Of a DNA stretch of 10,146 nucleotides, positions 1 to 7,400 are shown piece by piece; within the stretch, counting starts at the first letter, position 1; each line of letters opens with the position of its first letter. The position numbers and the translations under genes are program-made. This DNA comes from Prasinococcaceae sp. CCMP 1430 (taxonomy: Eukaryota > Plantae > Prasinodermophyta), in NCBI GenBank assembly GCA_013416795.1, contig RQSC01000917.1, positions 69,599-79,744 of the forward strand. The letters run 5' to 3'. The notes below the pieces were generated by a model. That model was not told where the DNA came from and made no database searches. It saw nothing but the letters and a program-made list of their open reading frames with translations.

Positions 1-1
1 C

Positions 2-481
2 ACATACAACAACATCGGCGAAGTGTACAAGGCGCAGGGTCGCCTGTCCGAGGCGCTGGAGATGTACGAGCGGTGCCAGACCATGATGCGCGAGGTGCTC
101 GGAGAGGAGGCGTTCTTGACGAGCCTGGATGTTGCGTATACGGACCACAACATCGGCAAAGTTCACCATGCCCAAAACCACCTGCCCGAGGCCCTGGAGA
201 TGTTCAAACACAGCCTCGACATCACGCGTGATAAGTTGGGCGAGGAGGTGTCCCCATACATTGGACTATATATCAGCAGCACTGGCCTCGTTTACATTGA
301 CCAGGGTGACCTTGACGACGCCGAGACTTCTCTGCGAAAGGCTTTGGCCATCTTTGAGGCTGCGGGCCTCGTTGCGGAGCACGAATATGTTAGGGAAGCC
401 CGCAGCGGTCTGGAACGTATCGACGAGCGTAGCTTCGTCATCGTTGGCCGTGAAAGATTGGAACCTTGGGGGTCTTCTTGA
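2..481 (+). CDS. TPR repeat protein (kinesin-light-chain / TPR_12-type ~42-46 aa repeats), 5'-partial, C-terminal three repeats plus capping helix
   Basis: The frame is open from base 2 (TYNNIGEVYKAQGRLSEALEMYERC...LGEE; TDHNIGKVHHAQNHLPEALEMFKHSLDI...LGEE; YISSTGLVYIDQGDLDDAETSLRKALAIFE). Each repeat fits the NxG.VY..QG.Y.EAL..Y..AL.I...LG pattern of KLC-type TPRs. Stop TGA at 479-481. The GTG 'start' at 23 in the track is internal, because the gene begins before the window. Confidence 0.85.
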   Translation, partial: TYNNIGEVYKAQGRLSEALEMYERCQTMMREVLGEEAFLTSLDVAYTDHNIGKVHHAQNHLPEALEMFKHSLDITRDKLGEEVSPYIGLYISSTGLVYIDQGDLDDAETSLRKALAIFEAAGLVAEHEYVREARSGLERIDERSFVIVGRERLEPWGSS

Positions 482-657
482 CTGTCTCGGTCTCGATCTT
501 AGTGGTTGTACCAAGTATAGTAGTAGGTAGTGCACGCCAAGCACGCTTCGAGCCTACCGTTGTGCGTAGCCAGCGACGTCTGACACCGTCAGTCATGAGA
601 AGGAGTTTAAGGCAGGCGTTTCTTACGCCGGGACGGGATCAGTTACGGTTTCGAATA

Positions 658-662
658 TTACA
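658..662 (-). promoter_or_regulatory. Candidate TGTAA polyadenylation signal of the M14 peptidase gene
   Basis: TTACA on + (TGTAA on -) lies 123 nt downstream of the M14 stop codon. UGUAA is the established near-upstream poly(A) element of chlorophyte algae. Confidence 0.5.
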
Positions 663-785
663 AGACTAATCGCAAGCGCGCTCTCGTGCATGCCTGTGCG
701 AATGCCAACACGCCACGCGCGCGCACGCGCAGCTGCACACGGTTCCCGCCGCGATAGCCATGTGCCGTATTATGATGCCCTTCCT

Positions 786-1929
786 TCAGCCCCCACTCGC
801 GTCCACGGCGCTACCCACGCCAGACTCCAGCAGGAAGTCGAGGGCGGCGCACACGGCCGCGACCTGAGCGGCGTTGCACTGCTCCGGCGTCGCGCTCGGC
901 GAGTCCGGGTAGACCTCGGTGGTGGTGGCGTATGGCGCGTTGGTCACGCCGGCGCACAGCCCCAGGGCGCTGGGCGGCGGGATGCCGATGACGCCTTCCT
1001 GGATCACCTCCTCGCCGATGATCTTGCCGCCGGCGTCCGCTGGCGCGATGTGTGTCACGGCGCGCACCGCCTCGATGATCGCTGCTTGCCACGCCGCCTG
1101 CGGGTTGGTGCTGTCCGCAACGAGATAGAAGCCGTCGGGAATCTCGTCCCTTGGGGGGCTCACCTCGCCGTCGCGTGCTGCCTTGGCGGGCCGGAACTCG
1201 GTCTCGTCGGTGTCGGTTGTCTCGTGCAGATCCACGTGGCACGTCCACTGCGCCACGCCCAGCGACTTCAGCAGCGCCAACACCGCGGCGCTCTCCTCCG
1301 TCGCCGCCTCGGGGTTGAAGGAGCGCCCGGGCACCACCTCGCCCTCGGGGTTGAAGCTGCGGTTCGGATCCACCGCCTGCGCGTTCCACCGCTGCACCGT
1401 CTCGTACCCCCAGGGGCTCACGCACGGCAGCACCAGCAGGTTGAAAGCGCCCGCGTACGAGGCCGCCTTGGTCGCGACGAACTCGAGCGCCCCTTGCACG
1501 CCCGAGCTGCGGGAGGTGAGGAGGAGTGCGTGGGGTGGGTGGTGTGGGATGAGGGATGGGGAGGCGCGCAGGCGAGCGTCGGGGTGCCGCCCTTGTCAGC
1601 GCGCGCGCCCTTGGGAGGACAGGCACGCGGGAAGAAGAGGCGCGCGGAGGGTTAACGCACGTCTCGTAGCCGTGCACGCCGCCGGTGATGAGCACGTAGG
1701 GCTTGGACGCGTCCCACGCGCGGCTGCGCACGGAGAACATGGGGTACTTCCCCCCGCCGTGCGAGAGCTCGCCGTACTGCGCGACGTCGAAGGCGCTCTT
1801 GAGCGGCTCCAACTTGTCCACAACCTCCTCCGCGTAGCTGCGCTGCACCTCGCGCGACGAGCGCCACCGCTCGCGCTCCGCCTCGCCCCAGGCGACGCCG
1901 GGCGTCCCGATCGGATAGCGCGAGTCCAT
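786..1929 (-). CDS. M14-family zinc peptidase / succinylglutamate desuccinylase-aspartoacylase-like protein; exons 1929..1661 and 1506..786 (329 aa from Met 1929; an N-terminal extension is possible)
   Basis: Splicing restores ...LITGGVHGYET|SGVQGALEF.... The zinc ligands HxxE (HGYE) and DLHE are present, as are the carboxylate-binding DPNRSF, the PCVSPWGYE motif and a late candidate catalytic Glu (TTEVYP). The spliced length of 990 nt is a whole number of codons. Stop TGA at 788-786. Confidence 0.88.
1507..1660 (-). other. Spliceosomal GT-AG intron (154 nt, phase 2) in the M14 gene
   Basis: On the minus strand it reads GTGCGTTAAC...long C-rich pyrimidine tract...CCTCACCTCCCGCAG. Removing it joins AC+C (Thr) and puts the two ORF-track fragments in frame. 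Candidate branch points are GCTGAC (1600-1595) and CTCAC near the acceptor. Confidence 0.9.
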
Positions 1930-1960
1930 CGCCGCCGCCGCGCCGCCGCACGCCGCCGGC

Positions 1961-2443
1961 NNNNNNNNNNNNNNNNNNNNNNNNNNNNNNNNNNNNNNNN
2001 NNNNNNNNNNNNNNNNNNNNNNNNNNNNNNNNNNNNNNNNNNNNNNNNNNNNNNNNNNNNNNNNNNNNNNNNNNNNNNNNNNNNNNNNNNNNNNNNNNNN
2101 NNNNNNNNNNNNNNNNNNNNNNNNNNNNNNNNNNNNNNNNNNNNNNNNNNNNNNNNNNNNNNNNNNNNNNNNNNNNNNNNNNNNNNNNNNNNNNNNNNNN
2201 NNNNNNNNNNNNNNNNNNNNNNNNNNNNNNNNNNNNNNNNNNNNNNNNNNNNNNNNNNNNNNNNNNNNNNNNNNNNNNNNNNNNNNNNNNNNNNNNNNNN
2301 NNNNNNNNNNNNNNNNNNNNNNNNNNNNNNNNNNNNNNNNNNNNNNNNNNNNNNNNNNNNNNNNNNNNNNNNNNNNNNNNNNNNNNNNNNNNNNNNNNNN
2401 NNNNNNNNNNNNNNNNNNNNNNNNNNNNNNNNNNNNNNNNNNN
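1961..2443. other. Assembly gap (483 N)
   Basis: Run of n characters. Any ORF in the track that crosses it is unsupported. Confidence 1.
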
Positions 2444-2743
2444 CCGGCGGTCGCAGTCGCGGAGGCAGCAAGCGTCGCGCCCCGCCTCGCGCACATGGCC
2501 GCCGCTTGTGCCCACATGCCGCCCTCCCCCTCCCTCCACCCGCGCGTCGCGCGTGTGGCGCGGCGCCGGCGCAGCCGCGCCGCGCCCGCCTGCCCTCGTG
2601 CGCGCGGCGCGGATAGGGCAGGGTTAAGTTCCCTGTATTGCAAACCCTATTCGACCCCAAAACCTAAACACCCCCTTTTGGGGTTGCATCCCTGCGAGCT
2701 CGCGCTCGCTCGGTCGGCCGGACCACAAAAAGCTCCTTCACAA

Positions 2744-2793
2744 GCGCGTGCGCGCGCGCGCGCGCCTGGAGAGATCGCGCGCGCGCGCGCTGC
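2744..2793. repeat. Two alternating purine-pyrimidine (CG)n tracts
   Basis: GCGCGTGCGCGCGCGCGCGCGC (2744-2765) and CGCGCGCGCGCGCGCTGC (2776-2793, alternating through 2790), separated by 10 nt. Confidence 0.8.
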
Positions 2794-3530
2794 CGCTGAG
2801 TCAGCCCCCCCAAACCACGCAAACCACGCCCGCGGCGCAGCGCCGCGCCGGAATCCGCGCCAGAAGGCCGGCCGCGCACTCGCCGCGATGGGGGGCGCAA
2901 AAAACGCCCGGCGGCGAAATGCGCGACGCTCCGCGGGACCAAGAGTAGGCGCGCGCGCGCCACGCGGGCGCTGGAGCGCGCGGGCGGCGCTCGGCAACCC
3001 TGGAATGCGAGGACCCTACGAAAGATTTTGATGTGAATGTCAATGTCAATTGGACCAGACCCTAAAGAAGGGGCAGATATTTCGCTCGCGCGCGCGGCGC
3101 GCGCGCGCCCCGGCCGCGCGCGCGCCCGCGTGGCAGATACGCCGCACGTATCGGCGGAAGCCGCCACATTCGAATCCCCTTACCGCATTTACCGCACTTA
3201 CATTACCTCATTTCACATCAACCATAAAAACGCGGTTGAGATTTCAAAAGGGTGCACCGCGGGCGATCGATTCGGCGCCGTTGGAGATCCCCCAGTCGCC
3301 GCGGCTTCGCCCGAGCTTTTTCGCAGGTCGAATCGAAGGGCGGATTCGCGGCGCGCCTTTTTGGATCCCAAACAGATATTTGCGCGCGGGCCGTCGCCGC
3401 GCCGCAATGCGGTTCAGATGGGTTTTTCGCGGCCCCGCGGCAGCGCGAAGGGGCCGGCCTGAGGGGACCCCGCGAAAGCGCCGCGGGATGCAAGGGTATT
3501 TAAAAAAAGAAAAACAAAAAGAATTGAGAT

Positions 3531-3669
3531 GTCAGAATGCGTGGAGAGGGGCCCTCACATCTTTTTAGATTTGATAGGTCAGAATGAGTGGAGAGGGACC
3601 CTCAAATCTTTTTAGATTTGAGAGGTCAGAATGCGTGTGGAGGGACCTTCCAGGACTGTGAATCTTTTT
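3531..3669. repeat. 47-bp tandem repeat (two full copies plus a degenerate third)
   Basis: Unit 1 (3531-3577) and unit 2 (3578-3624) match at 43/47 positions. Unit 3 starts at 3625 (GTCAGAATGCGTG...GAGGGACC), is interrupted by an insertion and resumes at AATCTTTTT. Confidence 0.92.
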
Positions 3670-3959
3670 GTTGTTTTTTTTGCTCTCGCGCGCGGGCGTG
3701 CTTATTCGGGTTTTAGGGTTCGCGTTTCAATGCATTTATATGTATCTTTTTGGTTCAATTTGATTCATTTTGGATCGTTGTGCGCGAACGCCGCGTGGGG
3801 CCCCAACGCGACCGAAATTGCCATGATACAAAGCACGCACACAAAAAAGAAAAAGAAAAGAGAGCGGCAGCGCATTCATGCTTTTTTACCTTCACATCAA
3901 ATAAAAGGGGAAAACCAAACTTCCGTATCAAAAGGAGCTCTTTGAGGCCGTCTGCTGTT

Positions 3960-3984
3960 GGGGGGGGGGGGCGGGGGGAGGGGG
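3960..3984 (+). repeat. Poly-G tract (G12 C G6 A G5)
   Basis: Read directly from the sequence. It marks the switch from the AT-rich intergenic block to the GC-rich 3' flank of the Patched-like gene. Confidence 0.85.
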
Positions 3985-4035
3985 AACGCCGGCAGGTCGC
4001 CTTGCACCCACAAACGTCGGCGCAGCCTCGCAGGC

Positions 4036-4094
4036 AGCTGGCTCGCAGCAGGCTGTGTGTACTGTAGCTGGCTAAAGCAGCAGGCTGCGTGTGT
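4036..4094. repeat. Imperfect ~30-bp tandem duplication
   Basis: AGCTGGCTCGCAGCAGGCTGTGTGT (4036-4060) and AGCTGGCTAAAGCAGCAGGCTGCGTGTGT (4066-4094). Confidence 0.7.
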
Positions 4095-4402
4095 CGGGCC
4101 ACGAGCGTGGAGGCACGCGTTGACAAATGAGAGTGCTCTAATGAATAACGAGGTGCAGCCGATGGGTGTGGGCGCACGCGCGGCTCGGGCGCTCGCGTGG
4201 GGGGGGCGCTCCACCCCCTCCCCCCGCGCGCGCGGCCTCCCGAGTCGCTGCCTCGGTGTTTCCTTTGGTCGCTCAGCCTCGCAGCGCCTCCTCCGCGACG
4301 GCGGACGGGCGGGTGCTGGTCCTGTACTCCTACTGCTGGAGACTGGGCGAATGACGACGACGGTGTACGACAACACTTCGGCGACTCGGAGGGCTTGCGC
4401 GA

Positions 4403-7400
4403 CTACCGCGACGCCGGTGGGGGAACGGGCGGGGGAGGAACCGTGGCCGCCGCCTCCTCCCCCCCCGCGCCGGCGTCCTGGCTGCCGGCCTCCTCGGGCT
4501 CGCCGCCATCGTCGGCGCTGCCACCCGCCGCTTCGCGCTGGCCGGCCCCTCCATCAGGCGGGCCGCCCTCCTGGGCCTTGGCGACGTCGGCCGCCGCCGC
4601 CGCCGAGATCTCGCCCTTCCGAAAGGCCCTGCCGCCCCAAGGGCGGAGCATCTGCGGGTACACCTCCTCGGCGGGCGTCGCGTCGTCGTAGGGCCGGCTG
4701 CCCACCCACGAGAGCATCACGGGGAGCACGATGCTGCCGTGGATCCACCCCAGCGAGATGATGACGAGCCACATCTTGAAGAAGGTCTTGAAGACGTAGG
4801 ACGAGGCGCCCGCGAGGGAGAGGATGGCCAGGAACGTGCTTGCGGCGCCCTGGAAGACCGGCCCACCGATGTGGCGCAGCGACGCCGCGGAGCGCTCGTC
4901 TCGCGTCCCGGTGAACATCAGGAAGCTGTGCGCGATGTGCACGCTGTAGTCGACGGACAAGCCCAGGGACAGGATGAGACTGATCGACGTGACGCTGTTG
5001 TACGTGAGTCCGTCGGCGGCCATGAAGCCCAGCAGCTCCGTGTCGATCGCCAGAATCATGACGAGCACGAGGATGGCGGTCCACACGTCGGCGAGCAGGA
5101 TGAGGCACATGACGAACACCGCAGCGGCCGCGATGAAGACGTTCCGCAGCGTCTCGCTCTTGATCACCTTGTCGCCCTCGAAGAAGAGAAAGGCGAACGA
5201 GTACGCGGTGCCGTCGAGATCGGGTGCGGCGGCCTTGGCCGTCGCGCGCACCGAGTCCATCATGTCGATGTTGCCCGCGCTGTTTCCCGGCAGGCGCGCG
5301 AACATGCGCACGCGCGTGCCGCTGATCTTGGTGCGGTTCGTGCCGTTGACGAACGCGACGTCGTTGACGTATTCGGCGCCCGCGTCCGAGTCCAGGAACG
5401 CCAGCATCGAGTCGAGCCACACCGTCGAGTTGTCCTCGTACACCTCCGCGTACACGGCGTTCGGGTCGGAAGCGTTGACGTCGGCGTAGTACTCGACCAT
5501 GGCCTCGTAGAAGCCCACGACTTGCGGCTCGGACATCACCCACTCGTTGGCGCGCATGGCCGCCGGCAGCTCGAGCAGCTCGTCCCGATTGTTGAAGATG
5601 AGCTGCGTGCCGGAGGCCCGCGTGTACGCGCCGAGCTGCAGCACGTTGCCGTTGAAATACGCGTCGCGAATGGAGTACGCGGCCTTCACGTAGCTGCCGT
5701 CCGGGACGAAGAAGTTCTCGTACTCGAAGTTCGTCTCGACTCGGGTCGCCCCGTAGATGCTCACGCCGAGCAGGGCGAGCGCGCCCGCCATGGTGATCAG
5801 CTTGCCGATCCGGCTGAGCGCGATGCTGGCGATCCAGCGGCCGGGCAGATAGTCGGTCCAGCCAGGCTCGCCGGGCGTCACCGGGGTGGACTTGCAGCAC
5901 ACCGGCTCCTCCGGATCGGTCCGCTTGAAGCAGCACAGCCAGTCGGAGCGCCGCCCCTTGCGCCGCCGCGTGTCGAGCCCCACGAAGACCACGAAGAACG
6001 TGCACTGGTACAGGAAGTCAAACAGCACGCCCGCCATGGTGTACAGGCCGAAGTCGCGCAGAGCCGGGAGCGTCGAGATGGCGCCGGTTCCGAAGGCGGC
6101 CGCGTCCGACAGCGAGGTCACAGTGATGCTCGGGCCCGCGGATCTCATGACGCGCCGCACGAACTTGGGAACGGTGGTGGCCCACAGGCCGTCGTTTTCG
6201 CTCTGCCGCCAGTGCTCGCCCAGAATGACGAAGGTGTCATCGAGGCCTAGGCCGAGCAGCAGAATGATGCCCGTCTGGACGACGTCGCTGTACGTGACGC
6301 CGATCCACAGCATCAGACCGAAGGACGAGATGATGGCCATGCCCACACAGAGCGTGCTGATCAGCCCCATGTAGCCCGCGGAGTACACGGGGCTGCGACG
6401 CGACAGGACGAACGTCGAGAAGATCACCAGCAGCACCGCGGCGATGGCGATGCGAAAGACGTCCTCGTTGAAAGCGGCGCTGATCTCGTCGTCCGCGAGC
6501 GCGTCGTTGTCGGGGTACGCGACGAGCGTTTCGTACGCGAAGCTGCCGTTCGGCCGATTCCTCACGCTCTCGAAGGATGGCACCGCGTACTTTCCGGCGG
6601 CGAGCTCCCAGTCGGCCACGACGGGGTCGGCATCCGCCTCGCCCGAGCGCTGCACCACGTTGTTTTGCGCCGCGGCGACCAGCTGAATCGCCTCCGCGTA
6701 CACGATGGCCGAGGCGTTGTCGGAGCTGTAGCGCAAGCCCCCGAGCACATAGGCCGGGTCGAGCGACCTGCCCAGCTTGTCGGTTGCGTTGGCCACATTC
6801 ACCGCCGCCACGACCGCCGTGTCGTTCGTCGCCTCGGCGGCGAGCGCTTCGCAGTTGTACGGGTCCGTCCGGTGGGCCTCGAAGAAGTCGAGCAGCGAGA
6901 CCACGTCGCAGGGCGTGCTGAAGGTCGTGTTGGCAGGCGCGGCGAGGTCGCCGCCGCCGCCGCCGCTGTCCTCGGCGCTCCCCTCGAGCGGCCTCGAGCA
7001 CACGGGCGCGCTCTCCCACCGCACCTCGCCCGCCTCGTCGGTGTCGGCCTCCTGCCACGCCATCTCCCTCCAGAGCGCGCACAGCTCGAGCACCGCCGCG
7101 CGCGTGAGGATGGTGCTGTTGCTGCCGGTGCCTCCGTACGACTTGAGCGAGGAGCTCACCGCGTAGACGCGCGTGATCTCGTCGGAGTAGCCGAAGGTTT
7201 CCTCCACCCAGACCTTGTCGTCCTGGCCTTCGGTATCCTGCGGGGTGAAGAGCTTGTAGGCGTTGCGCTCGCGCTCGAATCGCGAGAAGCCCGCCCCGAG
7301 CCCGAGGGTCACGAGGATCGCCAGCGCGCTCACCACGATGGCTCCCCTGCGCGTGCAGCAGAACTCGCCCATCCACGCGAAGGAATCGGAGAGGCTCCGA

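Noticed and set aside
811-2660. Track ORFs spanning the N gap (811..2643, 1183..2616, 1596..2660, 1652..2539)
   Set aside because: Their continuity depends on unknown bases, and 811..2643 also reads through the M14 intron into the wrong frame.
2619-3002. CAGGGTT (2619-2625) / AACCCTG (2996-3002) as hAT-like terminal inverted repeats
   Set aside because: The match is only 7 bp, and the flanking 8-mers (GGATAGGG vs GAATGCGA) do not form the 8-bp target-site duplication expected of hAT elements.
3430-3487. CTGAGG...CGCGAAAGCG with flanking GC stems as a hammerhead ribozyme
   Set aside because: The core reads CTGAGGG rather than the required CTGANGA, no consistent three-stem junction could be built, and GC stems are expected at this composition.
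3531-3669. 47-bp repeats as a CRISPR array
   Set aside because: The units are contiguous with no unique spacers, there are no cas genes, and the context is eukaryotic.
3918-3960. Imperfect hairpin TCAAAAGGAGCTCTTTGA as a Helitron 3' end
   Set aside because: The stem is imperfect and no CTRR terminus follows at the expected distance.
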